From the NCBI GenBank assembly GCA_050253075.1, contig JBFWJS010000001.1, positions 128,001-192,000 on the forward strand: a stretch of DNA of 64,000 nt, written 5' to 3'. Under the pieces are notes generated by a model. It searched no databases. It had not been told where the DNA came from and saw only the letters and a program-made list of their open reading frames with translations. Numbering within the stretch: position 1 is the first letter of the stretch; the number at the start of each line of letters is the position of its first letter. This stretch comes from Deferribacterales bacterium. GTDB lineage: Bacteria > Chrysiogenota > Deferribacteres > Deferribacterales > Geovibrionaceae. Positions 40,122 to 51,680 of this stretch are shown piece after piece. The translations under genes and the position numbers were made by a program.

Positions 40122-41697
40122 CGACACTCTTTTCCAGTCCGAGTTTATTTATGATAGCTTCCATATGGCCTCTGATCTCGTCCTCTTCAGGTGCGAGGTT
40201 CAGCGCCTTTTTCTGGTATTCGAATGCATCTTTATATTTGCCCTGCTGATAAAACACCCACGCCATGCTGTCGAGATATGCAGCTTCCTGCGGCTTCTGC
40301 TTCAGAGCTTTTGATATCATCTTTTCCGCTTCTTTCAGGTTTATCCCCTGCTCGGCATACAGATATCCGAGGAAGTTCAGCAGAGACGCATCATCAGGGT
40401 AGTATTTCATACCGTTTTTGATAACGTCTGCGGCCCTTGATTTCTCCCCCTGCTTATCTACGGCGAGGGCGAGGTCTATATACAGCTTCACTTCTGCGGG
40501 GTTCAGCTTTACAGCTTCGGTGAGGAGCGTTTCGGCTTTCTTAAACTCTTTCATGTCTGTGAGAGCCTGTGCAGATATGCGGTAATAGTCGACATCCTTA
40601 TACACATCCTCCACCTGGCTGATGGTGTCGAGTGCAGTGTCGGGGTTCCCCTGACGGATGTTTATGATAGCCAGCCTTTTTCTTGCCTCTGCGAAGTCGG
40701 GTCGGTTCTTCAGTATCTCTTCGTACCAGCCCTTTGCAGTGTCCAGCTCGGATACGGACTCTGCCAGCAGAGCCAGAGAAAATGCTGTCTGTGTGTCGTT
40801 GTTTATCTCATAGGCGAGAGAGAAGTATTCCTCTACCTTTTCGTTGTCTTTTTCATCCAGCGCCATTTTGGCAAGCTGTTTATAAACGTATAGCCTTTCA
40901 GTATCATTCAGCACATCCACTATGCTGAGAAAATAGTTTTCCGCCTCGTCCCTTTTCCCCATCTTGCCCAGCAGGACAGCTATTCTGAACTTTGCGATGG
41001 TCATGTCGGGGCTGGTCTCCAGAACCATACGGAGGTATTTGATAGCCTCTGTGTCATTGTTCTGATCCATGTAATAGTCCGCCAGCTTCGCCGCAGCGGT
41101 GAAGTTTCCGTCCAGCTCGGCTGCTGCACGGTAGTCGTCAATAGCCTCTTTCTGCAGTCCGAGTTTTTCAAAGTTTCTTGCACGCTGAACGTAATAGTCA
41201 GACTTTTTATCTATATCGATGAGTGTGCCGTAGATGTTTATGGCACTGTTATAATCTTTTTTCTGAGAATATGCTCTGGCCTCTGCCTCGGCATATATAG
41301 GGTTTCCCGAGAGCTTGTAAGCCTTGCGGAAGAGTTCGAATGATTTGTCTATGGTGGTTTCGTCCATGCGGTAGACATCCGCCAGTGCTCCGATGAGCAT
41401 GTAGGACTTAGGGAGCTTTCTCACCGCTCTTTCAAGGGTGAACTTCACCATCTCGTTATCTTCGAGCTGGCTGTATATGTCTGCGAGCTTAACGTATATA
41501 TACTCGTCGTCCACAGACTCGAGAACGGCCTCCAGCAGTTTGGAGGCCTCCTCAAAATTTCCATCCTGCTCATACAGTGATGCTTTGATATACGCTGAAT
41601 CAACGGATTGACCCTGTGTAAGGAATCCGGCAGCGCCGGCGTCGGTTAAAAACATAGAAGCCAGAAGCAAAACTATAAGAAGCGGGGTTTTTCTCAT
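40099..41697 (-). CDS. Exported TPR protein
   Basis: Signal peptide; TPRs with LNFLGY and YLDSMAW. Confidence 0.9.
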   Translation of the reverse strand: MRKTPLLIVLLLASMFLTDAGAAGFLTQGQSVDSAYIKASLYEQDGNFEEASKLLEAVLESVDDEYIYVKLADIYSQLEDNEMVKFTLERAVRKLPKSYMLIGALADVYRMDETTIDKSFELFRKAYKLSGNPIYAEAEARAYSQKKDYNSAINIYGTLIDIDKKSDYYVQRARNFEKLGLQKEAIDDYRAAAELDGNFTAAAKLADYYMDQNNDTEAIKYLRMVLETSPDMTIAKFRIAVLLGKMGKRDEAENYFLSIVDVLNDTERLYVYKQLAKMALDEKDNEKVEEYFSLAYEINNDTQTAFSLALLAESVSELDTAKGWYEEILKNRPDFAEARKRLAIINIRQGNPDTALDTISQVEDVYKDVDYYRISAQALTDMKEFKKAETLLTEAVKLNPAEVKLYIDLALAVDKQGEKSRAADVIKNGMKYYPDDASLLNFLGYLYAEQGINLKEAEKMISKALKQKPQEAAYLDSMAWVFYQQGKYKDAFEYQKKALNLAPEEDEIRGHMEAIINKLGLEKSVDDFIQAK

Positions 41698-43031
41698 CCA
41701 AAGTACCTGTCGATAAACTCTGTACTGATGTCACCGTCGATGAACGCATGGTGCTCCAGTATCCTTTTATGCAGAGGGATGGTTGTTTTTATGCCGTCCA
41801 CGACAAATTCGTCGAGGGCTCTGTTCATCCTGGCGATAGCCATCTCTCTGTTTCTTCCGTATACGATCAGCTTTGCTATCATGCTGTCGTAGTAAGGAAG
41901 TACATAGTAGCCGTCATAGCATGCAGAGTCTACCCTTGTGCCGAATCCGCCCGGGTTCACATATCCTGTGACAGCGCCGGGGCAAGGCATGAATGTCTTA
42001 GGGTCTTCTGCGTTTACACGGCATTCTATAGCGTGCCCGTGAAGGACGATGTCCTTCTGCTCAAGGTTCAGCCCTTCGCCTGCGGCGACTCTAAGCTGAA
42101 GCTGAACAAGGTCGGTGTTTGTAACCATCTCCGTAACAGGGTGTTCCACCTGAATACGGGTGTTCATTTCCATAAAATAGAAGTTTTCATCCTTATCCAC
42201 AAGGTATTCTATTGTTCCGGCGTTCTCATATTTCAAAGATTCCACCGCAGCAACGGATATAGCACCCATTTTTTCTCTCGTATTCTGGCTTACGGCTGTG
42301 GACGGAGCTTCCTCGAGGAGCTTTTGGTGACGGCGCTGGATAGAGCATTCACGTTCGAAGAAGTGGAGTCCCTTTCCTTTTCCGTCGCCGAAAACCTGAA
42401 CCTCGACGTGTCTTGGGTTTTCGATGAATTTTTCTATATATATCTCGTCAGAGCCGAATGCGTTCATCGCCTCTGTTCTTGCCATTTCGAAAGCGTTCAT
42501 GAAGCTGAGCTCGTTATGCGCCACACGCATACCTTTACCGCCGCCGCCTGCGGATGCCTTGATCATTACAGGGAATCCCATAGCCTCGGCTATCTCTTTC
42601 GCATGCTTCACATCCTTCACGGCTCCCTCAGAGCCGGGAACGACAGGCACGCCGAATTTCTTCATAGCTTCCTTTGCGCTGGATTTGTTACCCATCATGT
42701 TGATGTGCTCAGCGCTAGGTCCGATGAATTTGAATCCGCAGTCTTCACAGATAGCTGCGAACTCGGCATTTTCAGCGAGGAAACCATAGCCCGGGTGTAT
42801 AGCATCGACGTTTGCTATCTCCGCAGCAGCAATGATGCTTTTTACGTTCAGATAGCTGTCTTTCGATGCAGCAGGCCCGATACAAACGGCTTCGTCAGCC
42901 ATTGCGACGTGAAGGGATTCTCTATCCACATCGGAATAGACCGCTACGGTCTTTATGCGGAGTTCCTTACACGCTCTTATGATACGCAGGGCGATCTCTC
43001 CCCTGTTTGCGATCAATACTTTGCTAAACAT
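41694..43031 (-). CDS. accC: Biotin carboxylase
   Basis: [30 protein letters not shown]. Confidence 0.98.
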   Translation of the reverse strand: MFSKVLIANRGEIALRIIRACKELRIKTVAVYSDVDRESLHVAMADEAVCIGPAASKDSYLNVKSIIAAAEIANVDAIHPGYGFLAENAEFAAICEDCGFKFIGPSAEHINMMGNKSSAKEAMKKFGVPVVPGSEGAVKDVKHAKEIAEAMGFPVMIKASAGGGGKGMRVAHNELSFMNAFEMARTEAMNAFGSDEIYIEKFIENPRHVEVQVFGDGKGKGLHFFERECSIQRRHQKLLEEAPSTAVSQNTREKMGAISVAAVESLKYENAGTIEYLVDKDENFYFMEMNTRIQVEHPVTEMVTNTDLVQLQLRVAAGEGLNLEQKDIVLHGHAIECRVNAEDPKTFMPCPGAVTGYVNPGGFGTRVDSACYDGYYVLPYYDSMIAKLIVYGRNREMAIARMNRALDEFVVDGIKTTIPLHKRILEHHAFIDGDISTEFIDRYFG

Positions 43032-43041
43032 TCAGCACTCC

Positions 43042-43509
43042 TTAAAGAGGCTCGACTACGAATATCGTCTCACCAAATTCAACAGGTACGCCGTTCTGAC
43101 CGACTATTTTGACGATCTTGCAGTCGTACTCTGCTTCTATTTCATTCATTATCTTCATCGCTTCCACGATGCAGAGTGTCTGACCTTTGCTTACTTTATC
43201 TCCCTCTTTAACGAATGCAGATGCACCCGGTGACGGAGCTGCGTAGAATGTACCCACGATAGGGGAGACAACTTCGTTGCCCGCAGGTTTTGCAGGTGCG
43301 GCAGCCTCGGCAGGAGCAGCAGCCACAGCAGGAGCCGCAGCAGGTGCAGCAGCCACAGGAGCCATAGCAGGCGCTGCGGATGTGTATATGTTCTGAGCCT
43401 CACCTACTTTAGAGATGTAGATGCTCTCTTCACCGTTTTCGTATTCAAATTCTTTGATGTCGGACTTTTCAATATACTTAATTAATTCTTTGATCTCTTT
43501 GATATCCAT
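43042..43509 (-). CDS. accB: Biotin carboxyl carrier protein
   Basis: EAMK biotinylation motif; Ala/Pro linker. Confidence 0.98.
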   Translation of the reverse strand: MDIKEIKELIKYIEKSDIKEFEYENGEESIYISKVGEAQNIYTSAAPAMAPVAAAPAAAPAVAAAPAEAAAPAKPAGNEVVSPIVGTFYAAPSPGASAFVKEGDKVSKGQTLCIVEAMKIMNEIEAEYDCKIVKIVGQNGVPVEFGETIFVVEPL

Positions 43510-43519
43510 TACTCTACTC

Positions 43520-44089
43520 CTATTTAGCTGAGCTGACTCTTTCGAGATATACTCTGTCTCTTGTATCTATTTTGAGAACGTCGCCGATGTTGATGAACAG
43601 AGGCACGTTGACTGTTCCGCCTGTGCTGATTGTGGCAGGCTTGTTTCCGCCGGAAACAGTGTCGCCTTTCAGACCGGGCTCAGTGTATGTGACCTCAAGC
43701 TCGACAAAGTTAGGAAGGTCTACACCGATAGGCTGTCCGTTGAAAAGCTGAACGCTTACCATGCAGTTTTCAGGCATAAAGTCTACATCGTCGCCGATAG
43801 CGTCAGCGCCGACTTCGACCTGCTCATAGTTTTCGTTATCCATGAAAAAGAATGTAACGCCGTCGTTGTAAAGATACTGCATAGCCTTATCTTCGAAATC
43901 AGGCTGCTTTATCTTTTCATCTGATTTGAAAGTACGCTCAAGCACTGCACCTGTACGGAGGGATTTAACCTTTGTACGTACTGTCGCACCGCCGCGTCCG
44001 CATTTAATGTGAAGATACTCGACAATGCTGTACGGTTCGCCGTCGAGTTCGATTTTTGCTCCTCTTTTAAACTGGTTCGGAGTGATCAT
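43520..44089 (-). CDS. efp: Elongation factor P (Arg-type loop)
   Basis: QYLY, PGLKGDT, KPA, VPLFI, IDTR; loop KCGRGG. Confidence 0.96.
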   Translation of the reverse strand: MITPNQFKRGAKIELDGEPYSIVEYLHIKCGRGGATVRTKVKSLRTGAVLERTFKSDEKIKQPDFEDKAMQYLYNDGVTFFFMDNENYEQVEVGADAIGDDVDFMPENCMVSVQLFNGQPIGVDLPNFVELEVTYTEPGLKGDTVSGGNKPATISTGGTVNVPLFINIGDVLKIDTRDRVYLERVSSAK

Positions 44090-44097
44090 TTAACACC

Positions 44098-45150
44098 TCA
44101 TACTACTTCATAAATGTATTTTTCAAAGACCGCCGTGAGATTTTCACAGCCGTCGTCCTTAACAACAACAGTATCCTCCAGACGAACGCCGAAACGCTCG
44201 GGAAGATATATACCCGGTTCTATAGTGAGCACCATATTAGGCTCGAGAACAGTCTTGTCCCTCGGGTTGAACACTGGCTTTTCGTGTACGTCTATGCCGA
44301 CGCCGTGCCCCAGCCCGTGATTGAAATAAGCTCCATAGCCGGTGGAGTCGATGTATTCTCTAGCGATGGCGTCTATATCAGAGCAGACTATGCCTGTTCT
44401 GACGGCGTCCTTCGCCTTCTGCAGAGCAGTGTATACTATGTCGGCGACTTTCCTCACCTCTGCGTCAGGGGCTGTCATTACCAGCCTTGTGACATCACTG
44501 CAATACTCTTTTTTACTGCCGAAGTCCACAACAACTGCATCACCTTTTTCAACTACCTTCTGCGATGCTGTCCCGTGGGGCATGGCTCCTCTGTATCCGC
44601 TTGCGATGATGGTCTCGAAAGAGGCATACTTCGCACCGTTTATCTTCATATTGCGCTCGAGCTCCGCCGCCCAGTGCATCTCGCTCACGCCCGGCTTAAA
44701 AGCGGGGAGTGACTGCACGAACGAATCGTGGGCACACTTGAACTGCTCACGCAGCATGACGAGCTCTTCCTCATCCTTCACTGCTCTCAGCCTGTCTATC
44801 ATACCCTTTGCGTCGATGGACACCTTGTCCACATTTTCCGAAAGGTATTCGAAGTCCTGCAGCTGACAGTCGTATGTGACAGTCACTGCGGAGAGCTTTT
44901 CTGCGTACTCGGCCACCATCTTGCGGTAGTCCTGTACAATCATTATCTCGGCATCCCTCACCTGAGCCTTTGACTGCTCAGAGTATCGCCCGTCGGAGAC
45001 AAAGACGGCTCCGTCTGTGTCCACCAGCAGATACGCCGTGCTCCCTGTGAAGCCGGTGAGGTAATATATATCTGACAGAGATGTGACGAAAAGGTTTGAA
45101 ACACCTTCTCCGCGCATCATCTCACGAAGTTCTGTTAATCTGTTTCTCAA
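44098..45150 (-). CDS. Xaa-Pro peptidase (M24B)
   Basis: [28 protein letters not shown]. Confidence 0.92.
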   Translation of the reverse strand: MRNRLTELREMMRGEGVSNLFVTSLSDIYYLTGFTGSTAYLLVDTDGAVFVSDGRYSEQSKAQVRDAEIMIVQDYRKMVAEYAEKLSAVTVTYDCQLQDFEYLSENVDKVSIDAKGMIDRLRAVKDEEELVMLREQFKCAHDSFVQSLPAFKPGVSEMHWAAELERNMKINGAKYASFETIIASGYRGAMPHGTASQKVVEKGDAVVVDFGSKKEYCSDVTRLVMTAPDAEVRKVADIVYTALQKAKDAVRTGIVCSDIDAIAREYIDSTGYGAYFNHGLGHGVGIDVHEKPVFNPRDKTVLEPNMVLTIEPGIYLPERFGVRLEDTVVVKDDGCENLTAVFEKYIYEVV

Positions 45151-45569
45151 GAATTCTGCTCCAGAAAGTAATCGAGGGCAAAGGCATAAGACATGGCACC
45201 AAAGCCTGTTATAACGCCCTTTGCAACATCGGAAAGATAAGATGTGTGTCTGAACTCCTCTCTGGCGAAAACATTAGAGAGGTGCACTTCGATGAACGGT
45301 TTTGAAACAGAGAGAAAGGCGTCACGTATGGCAACACTGGTGTGTGTGTATGCGCCCGCATTGATGATGATACTGTCCGCATCTGTGCGCTGTATCATGC
45401 TAACAATCTCCCCTTCGTGGTTAGACTGAAAAAACTCTAAGACGCATCTGCCGCCTGCACGCTGGCTCAGCATTTCATTTATGCTCTCCATCGTAGCCTC
45501 GCCGTAGATGCTCTTTTCTCTTTTGCCCAGCATGTTAAGGTTCGGACCGTTGATAACAAGTATCTTCAC
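45147..45569 (-). CDS. aroQ: Type II 3-dehydroquinate dehydratase
   Basis: [29 protein letters not shown] start with GGAG RBS. Confidence 0.96.
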   Translation of the reverse strand: MKILVINGPNLNMLGKREKSIYGEATMESINEMLSQRAGGRCVLEFFQSNHEGEIVSMIQRTDADSIIINAGAYTHTSVAIRDAFLSVSKPFIEVHLSNVFAREEFRHTSYLSDVAKGVITGFGAMSYAFALDYFLEQNS

Positions 45570-45693
45570 AAATCTCTCCATATTCATGCGTTCATATCTG
45601 AACACAGCTTTACTGACATTTTTAAAAATGCATGTAGATTATAACGTAAATATAGGATTTATCCAGTGGTAAGAGTTAGTTTGTTAAACTTTC

Positions 45694-47550
45694 TCAGTTT
45701 GATGCATTATTTTTTATAGTTTCCAACAGGTTTTCAAGCCTGTTCACCTGTTCACGTGTTTCGGGATCAAGGTTTTCCACCCCGTTTTCGTCATCTTCGG
45801 GGGCATTTTCCATCAGTTCGTCCATAGAAGCTTCATAAATTTCCTCTGAGGTCTCAGACACATCTGGGGATTCTTCTTCAGCATCTGTTAACATTTCAAC
45901 ATGCGCATCCGCTTCTTCGGGTTCTTCATCTTCGGCGGGTATCTCTGCATCCTCAGACACAGGTTCGAATCCTTCGAGGTCTTCTATATCCTGAAGCTCA
46001 GCGACATGCTCTGCCTCCGCCTCAACGGTATCTTCGACAGGTTCAATATCTTCGCCAAGGAGTGCTTTCAGATCGTCGTCAAGTTCGGGTTCGGCCACGG
46101 CAGGCTCTTCTACGGCTTCTTCCGCAACAGCTTCTTCTACAGGTTCGACATCTTCACCAAGGAGTGCTTTCAGATCGTCGTCCAGTTCGGGCTCGGCAAC
46201 GGCAGGCTCTTCTACGGCTTCTTCCGCAACGGCTTCTTCTGCAACAGGCTCGACATCTTCACCAAGCAGTGCTTTCAGATCGTCGTCAAGCTCAGGTTCG
46301 GCAACGGCAGGCTCTTCTACGGCTTCTTCCGCAACGGGTTCTTCTGCAACAGGTTCAACATCTTCACCAAGCAGTGCTTTCAGATCGTCGTCAAGCTCAG
46401 GTTCAGCAACGGCAGGCTCTTCAATGGCTTCCTCTGCGACAGATTCTTCAGCTACAGCTTCCTCGGCAACGGGCTCTTCTGCCACGGTTTCCGTTTCAGC
46501 GACAGCTTCATCCACGCCCAGCATAGCCTTAAGCTCATCGTCTAGCTCTTCAGGAGCCTCTGCATCTACCCCGTCAAAGAAGGATTTCTCCTCTTCGGTC
46601 TTCTCTTTCTCTTCGCCGAAAACTTCGTCCAGTGCCTCGTCTATATCATCAGGCGGCAGTGCGCTCTTAGTCTCCAGCCCGAGGTCTGCACCAAGCTCTG
46701 CAGCTAGGGCGGCGACCTCATCATCATCAGGAGCAGCCTCTGTGCCGTCTCCCATTATCTCTTTATCCAGCTTAACAGCTTTATCCACGTCCTCTTCGCC
46801 CATTTCGTCCGGACTGAGGTCTGTGTGTATTATCTCGTCGTCAAATGATGCGACAAGCTCTTCCTCGAGCTCATCAGCGGCTCCCGCAGACGATGATTCC
46901 TGATAATTGTCCAGGCTCATATCTTCCATGCCGGATGAATCATCCACGCCGACAATTGAGTCGACAGTACTGCTGATCTCGTCGTCGCTCGCCTCTACTT
47001 TACCGAGTTCCTCTTCGCCGACCTCCTGTCTGACCTCTTCTGCCAGTTCGCTTCCGAGCTGGTCGAGGAGTTCATCATCAGCATCCATAAGGTTCGGCTC
47101 TGCCGATATCTCTCCTGCGGATATGCCCGCAGCTTCCATAAGCTCATCCATAAGTGCTCGGAGCTTTGTATCCTCAGGCGCTACCATCAGAGCATTGCGG
47201 TAGTTCACCAGAGCTTTCTTTATATTCTCTTCGTTTCGGAATAGGTCTCCCATCAGCTTACACGCAAGATAATTGTGCGAATCCGTAGCGAGAACGCCAG
47301 TAAGAATAACCTTTGCCTCGTCTACATCGCCCTGCCCCATATAAGCCTGTGCCAGCATGGTTTTAGCAGCGTAGACCTCAGGGTTTTCATCTATCCCTGT
47401 TTTGAGGACACTGACGGCTTCGTCGTATTGTTCCAGTTTGATATATGCATTGGCGAGGGGGACAAAGAGCGTAGAGGATGGGTTCTGCTCAACTTTCGCA
47501 GAAAAGTATTCGACGTCTTTAAGATAAACAGACTTCTCTTGCTCTTCCAT
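45694..47550 (-). CDS. TPR protein with a long acidic tandem-repeat region
   Basis: N-terminal TPRs, Glu/Asp-rich linker with repeats, short C-terminal helix (LENLLETIK). Confidence 0.85.
   Translation of the reverse strand: MEEQEKSVYLKDVEYFSAKVEQNPSSTLFVPLANAYIKLEQYDEAVSVLKTGIDENPEVYAAKTMLAQAYMGQGDVDEAKVILTGVLATDSHNYLACKLMGDLFRNEENIKKALVNYRNALMVAPEDTKLRALMDELMEAAGISAGEISAEPNLMDADDELLDQLGSELAEEVRQEVGEEELGKVEASDDEISSTVDSIVGVDDSSGMEDMSLDNYQESSSAGAADELEEELVASFDDEIIHTDLSPDEMGEEDVDKAVKLDKEIMGDGTEAAPDDDEVAALAAELGADLGLETKSALPPDDIDEALDEVFGEEKEKTEEEKSFFDGVDAEAPEELDDELKAMLGVDEAVAETETVAEEPVAEEAVAEESVAEEAIEEPAVAEPELDDDLKALLGEDVEPVAEEPVAEEAVEEPAVAEPELDDDLKALLGEDVEPVAEEAVAEEAVEEPAVAEPELDDDLKALLGEDVEPVEEAVAEEAVEEPAVAEPELDDDLKALLGEDIEPVEDTVEAEAEHVAELQDIEDLEGFEPVSEDAEIPAEDEEPEEADAHVEMLTDAEEESPDVSETSEEIYEASMDELMENAPEDDENGVENLDPETREQVNRLENLLETIKNNASN
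46035..46550 (-). repeat. Coding tandem repeat, ~105-bp (35-aa) unit, 4 copies plus 1 degenerate
   Basis: EPELDDDLKALLGED recurs at 105, 105 and 102 bp spacing. Confidence 0.9.
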
Positions 47551-47582
47551 ACAGATCTGGTCCTTTTGTAAGCGGCTTGTGA

Positions 47583-48632
47583 TCAGAGATTATTGAAATA
47601 ATCTACAACAGACTGCTGGGAAATATTTTTTAGGATTTTACCTGAGCCTATCTTTGGTGTCAAGGCTAGGGTAAGCCCTTTTTTACCCGCTTTTTTGTCC
47701 AGCTTCATTGCGCTGAAAAAGAGCTCTTTGTCTTCTATCTCATAGGAAAGGTCAAAACCGTATGCAGTAAGGATGCGCTCCATGTTTTCGAGGGTCTCTT
47801 TTGTCGCTTCGCCTGTCTTAACTGCGAAGTCTGTCTCGAGATACATCCCCGTGGCGACAGCGTATCCGTGTTTTACCCCGTGGTGGGAATCTGTCTCTAT
47901 GGCGTGGGCGAATGTATGCCCGAAGTTAAGGAGGGCTCTGTCGCCAGTCTCCTTTTCGTCCCTTTTCACCACTTCTGCCTTCATCTCACAGCAGCGCCTG
48001 ACAACATAAGCGAGGGTCTCTGCGTCTCTGTCCAGTATGCTCTCTCTGTTGTCTTCGAGGTATTTAAAGAATTCGGCGTCGAATATCGCACCGTATTTGA
48101 TAACCTCTGCCACACCGTTCAGGAACTCTTCGTCCGAAAGGGTGTAGAGGAAGCTCATGTCTATGTATACGTGTACCGGCTGGGCAAAAGCGCCTACGTT
48201 GTTTTTCGCCCCTCGGAAGTTTATACCTGTTTTACCGCCGACACTGGAATCCACCATGGAAAGGAGCGTCGTAGGTATCTGAACAAAGCTGATGCCGCGC
48301 ATGTATGTCGCAGCGACAAATCCGCCCACGTCGCCTGTTATCCCGCCTCCGACGATGGAGAACATAGCGTCACGCTTTGCCCCTTCTCTGAAAAGGAAGC
48401 CTAGCACGGCGACAACGGATTCGTGAGTTTTATTATGCTCGTCCGCACGGAAGCGGAACGTACTGTCATGGGTGAAGTAGTCTCCGTAAAGGTCAAACAC
48501 ATTCTCATCCACCATGAAAAATGCGCCGTCTTCACGCAGCTTCGCTATCACATCCTTTACAAAGGATGAGCCAATTGTGATCTCATAAGAGGAATCAACC
48601 TCTTTCTTAAGGTCTACTTTGACAGTCTGCAT
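47583..48632 (-). CDS. aroB: 3-dehydroquinate synthase
   Basis: GGGITGD, PTTLLSMVDSSVGGKTG, LNFGHT, HG. Confidence 0.96.
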   Translation of the reverse strand: MQTVKVDLKKEVDSSYEITIGSSFVKDVIAKLREDGAFFMVDENVFDLYGDYFTHDSTFRFRADEHNKTHESVVAVLGFLFREGAKRDAMFSIVGGGITGDVGGFVAATYMRGISFVQIPTTLLSMVDSSVGGKTGINFRGAKNNVGAFAQPVHVYIDMSFLYTLSDEEFLNGVAEVIKYGAIFDAEFFKYLEDNRESILDRDAETLAYVVRRCCEMKAEVVKRDEKETGDRALLNFGHTFAHAIETDSHHGVKHGYAVATGMYLETDFAVKTGEATKETLENMERILTAYGFDLSYEIEDKELFFSAMKLDKKAGKKGLTLALTPKIGSGKILKNISQQSVVDYFNNL

Positions 48633-48646
48633 AATTCTAATTCAGC

Positions 48647-49159
48647 CTATGCCTCGTTTTTCACCGTTTCGAGGATCTTTTCGGCTGCCTCTCTTGGTGT
48701 TATATCGGATGTATCTACGATTTGATGAGCATTAATGTAGAAAGAAGCTCTGTCGAAGAGCAGTCTTTTGATCTCTTCGAACGGCTCGGCCACCTCCAGA
48801 AGCGGTCTACAGGTCTCGTCGCCCTGTATGCGCTCGAGGATAGTATTTGCATCTGCGATGAGCGTTACGACTATTCCCGTCTGCTTCATCATCTCCAGAT
48901 TGCCCCTTGTGACGACGATACCGCCCCCTGTGGAAACGACCAGCCCGTCCCTGTCTGTTATCTCACGGAGCACTTCTGTCTCCAGAGCACGGAACTCCTC
49001 TTCGGAATCCTCCTCAAAGATATCGGCTATCTGTCTGCCTGTCTTATCCACTACCATCTGGTCAGTATCTACGAACTGAGAACCGAGCTCTTCGGCGAGT
49101 ATCTTACCCACTGCGCTCTTTCCTGTTCCCATGAATCCTATCAGATATATATTTTTCAT
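48647..49159 (-). CDS. aroK: Shikimate kinase
   Basis: GFMGTGKS, STGGG, RPLL; start at MKNIY (GGGAG RBS). Confidence 0.96.
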   Translation of the reverse strand: MKNIYLIGFMGTGKSAVGKILAEELGSQFVDTDQMVVDKTGRQIADIFEEDSEEEFRALETEVLREITDRDGLVVSTGGGIVVTRGNLEMMKQTGIVVTLIADANTILERIQGDETCRPLLEVAEPFEEIKRLLFDRASFYINAHQIVDTSDITPREAAEKILETVKNEA

Positions 49160-49160
49160 T

Positions 49161-51089
49161 TCAGCTCCCCTGATTATTATTAGTCGTTTCAAATGCCGTA
49201 CGGCTCTTTTCACATGTTTCGGGCACATTCTCTTCGAGGAACGCCTCAGTATAGCTTCTGCCACCTGAGCACCCCTTCCCTACGACAGCCCCCGAACGGG
49301 TGTCCACTCGTTTAAATACAATACCTTGCGGAACATTGAAATCTATTTTTTTCACATTCTGCTTCACTATCTTCTGAAACTCGGCTATCACAGGCGCCGC
49401 ACGTCCGCCGCCAGTCCCTTCGTCGCCCATGCTGCGGTGGTCGTCAAAGCCCACCCAGCAGACGACTGCATACGGAGGGAAAAGAGCGACTGTCCATGCA
49501 TCACGGTATTCGTCCGTTGTCCCAGTCTTTGCCGCCGTACCTGTTATGAGTCCGCTCCCTCTAGCCGTCCCTCTGCGGACGACATCTTTCATCATGTATA
49601 TTACCTGATACGTCTCACGTTCGGGTGCTACCCTTTTGGGCAGTTCTCTTTTGATATAGACCTCTTCGCCCTGCGCATTCACAATGCGGTTTATAAAGCC
49701 GATCTCACGGCGCACGCCGTACGTGCCGAATGCGGAGTAGACCTTTGCCAGATTCAGCGGTGTGATGGGGAATATGCCGAGAGGCATAGCAAGGTATGGC
49801 TTTATCCTAGCCTTCATCCCCAGGTCCACAGCCATCTGCCCGACCTTTCTCAGCCCTGTGGTCTTCGCCAGACGTATCGTGGCATTATTCAGCGAATGCA
49901 CCAGCCCGAAGCGGAGGGGAATGCTCCCCATGTAATAGTCTTCGAAGTTTGCAGGGGCATATGTATAGTTCCCCAGATTATATTTATATTGCTTGTCGAT
50001 TATTATCTCATTGGGCATTGCGCCCTCTGTCATAGCTGTCAGATATACGATAGGCTTGAATGTAGAGCCTATCTGACGGCGCATCTCCATAGTGCGGTAC
50101 TGCCATTTATCATTAGCGGCGAGGGCTTCCACGCCACCTGTCTCATAGTTCACCACCGCCATGGCTATGTTCACCCCTTCGGGGTATTTCACCAGTCTTT
50201 TGCTTATGGCATCATTGGCAGCATTTATGGTGGAGACTCTGATATTAGCATGCACCACGAGCTGTCTGTCCGTACGGATGCCTTTTTCCCGCATCTCTTC
50301 CAGTATCAGCGACGTGTATTCGGGGAGAGTGTCCACATTTCTGTGCAGTGCATACTCAGGATGTTTTGATGCCGCCTGATATGCATCGTAGGATATCATC
50401 CCGTTCTCATACAGCCTGTACGAGAGCATGTCTTTACGTTTGTAAAAAGCGGGGATGTCGTCATCGGGCATATGCCCCAGAGTCAGCACGGATACCAGCC
50501 ACGCCTTCTCCTCTATCGGAGCGAACCTTACAGAGTGTCCGAAATAGCTCTGTGATGCGGCCTCTATCCCCCATATGTCGTTCTGCATATATGTGTTTTC
50601 CATATATGACAGCAGTAGTTTACGCTCGCCGTATCTGGATATGATGTCCGATGCGGTCTTCCATATGCGCAGACTATTCGTCTTTTCACCTTTGGAGGCG
50701 AGAGCCTTTTCGGCTATGTTCAGGATTATGCAGTTATTGAGCCCCTCGGCCGGCACACCGTGAAAGCGTAAGAGCTTCAGCTCGGCTGCCGTGTCGGGAA
50801 TGTCGCAGGTGAACAGATTCTCCCCTGCGAATTTAACCATATACATCACGTCTTCGGGCATTTCAGCGGGGAGTTTCGCCGTTTTCTCATATACCTGTTC
50901 GTATATCTTATAGCCGTCTGCGGAGTATATCGTGAGTGATTTACCCTCTCTGCCCCCTTTGAGTATGTCGTCAAGGTCGACAACACACCTCTCCAGAGCA
51001 GACCTCTCCCCCTTTAATACAGCACCTATCCCCGCCAGAAAGAGCAGGCATACGGCCATCGTCAGGATGAGAAATCTTTTCAGGGTCAT
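49161..51089 (-). CDS. Penicillin-binding protein with a degenerate transglycosylase-like N-terminus
   Basis: RQIGSTFK, SLN and KTG transpeptidase motifs; GIEAASQSYF remnant. Confidence 0.8.
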   Translation of the reverse strand: MTLKRFLILTMAVCLLFLAGIGAVLKGERSALERCVVDLDDILKGGREGKSLTIYSADGYKIYEQVYEKTAKLPAEMPEDVMYMVKFAGENLFTCDIPDTAAELKLLRFHGVPAEGLNNCIILNIAEKALASKGEKTNSLRIWKTASDIISRYGERKLLLSYMENTYMQNDIWGIEAASQSYFGHSVRFAPIEEKAWLVSVLTLGHMPDDDIPAFYKRKDMLSYRLYENGMISYDAYQAASKHPEYALHRNVDTLPEYTSLILEEMREKGIRTDRQLVVHANIRVSTINAANDAISKRLVKYPEGVNIAMAVVNYETGGVEALAANDKWQYRTMEMRRQIGSTFKPIVYLTAMTEGAMPNEIIIDKQYKYNLGNYTYAPANFEDYYMGSIPLRFGLVHSLNNATIRLAKTTGLRKVGQMAVDLGMKARIKPYLAMPLGIFPITPLNLAKVYSAFGTYGVRREIGFINRIVNAQGEEVYIKRELPKRVAPERETYQVIYMMKDVVRRGTARGSGLITGTAAKTGTTDEYRDAWTVALFPPYAVVCWVGFDDHRSMGDEGTGGGRAAPVIAEFQKIVKQNVKKIDFNVPQGIVFKRVDTRSGAVVGKGCSGGRSYTEAFLEENVPETCEKSRTAFETTNNNQGS

Positions 51090-51092
51090 TGT

Positions 51093-51680
51093 TTATTCCG
51101 TTTTTGTCTTTAAATATTCTTTGAGGCTCTGCAGAGCCATATTTCTGTGGCTTATGCTGTTCTTCTCTTCTTCGGACAGCTCTGCCATGTGTCTTCCGTC
51201 GGGGAGCATGAACATCGGGTCGTAGCCGAATCCGTTTTCCCCTTTATATTCCTTTGCGACGAAGCCTTCGCACAGCCCGCTGAATGTACGCTCCACAAGA
51301 CCGCCCTCTGCGAGTGCTATCACGCACACATAGCTCGCCCCGCACCTTTCAGGCGGGAGATCGTGCATTATCTTCATCAGCTTTTCGTTGTTTTCCCTGT
51401 CTGTGGCCTTCGGGCCTGCGTATCTGGCGGAGTAAACGCCCGGCGCACCCTCCAGTATATCCACGGAAATGCCAGAATCGTCCGCTATGACATATCCGTC
51501 CACCATCTTCGACAGTGTCCTCGCCTTCAGCGAAGCATTCTCTAAAAATGTAACGCCTGTTTCCTCTACGTCGATGGAATCATCCACCACGTCATAAACA
51601 GACACTACATCTATATCATCTAATATTTGACTAATTTCCTTTAATTTGTGTTTATTTTTTGTAGCTACATAAAGTTTCAT
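51093..51680 (-). CDS. rdgB: dITP/XTP pyrophosphatase
   Basis: ATKNKHK, DDSG, GFGYDP, SHR. Confidence 0.96.
   Translation of the reverse strand: MKLYVATKNKHKLKEISQILDDIDVVSVYDVVDDSIDVEETGVTFLENASLKARTLSKMVDGYVIADDSGISVDILEGAPGVYSARYAGPKATDRENNEKLMKIMHDLPPERCGASYVCVIALAEGGLVERTFSGLCEGFVAKEYKGENGFGYDPMFMLPDGRHMAELSEEEKNSISHRNMALQSLKEYLKTKTE

Noticed and set aside
41748..43112. 454-aa plus-strand ORF (likewise 35056-35988 and 49326-50369)
   Set aside because: Antisense to accC, hppA and the PBP gene; no recognisable motifs; explained by codon bias.
46035..46550. Possible CRISPR-like array
   Set aside because: Whole units repeat in frame inside a CDS with no unique spacers; no cas1 in the window.
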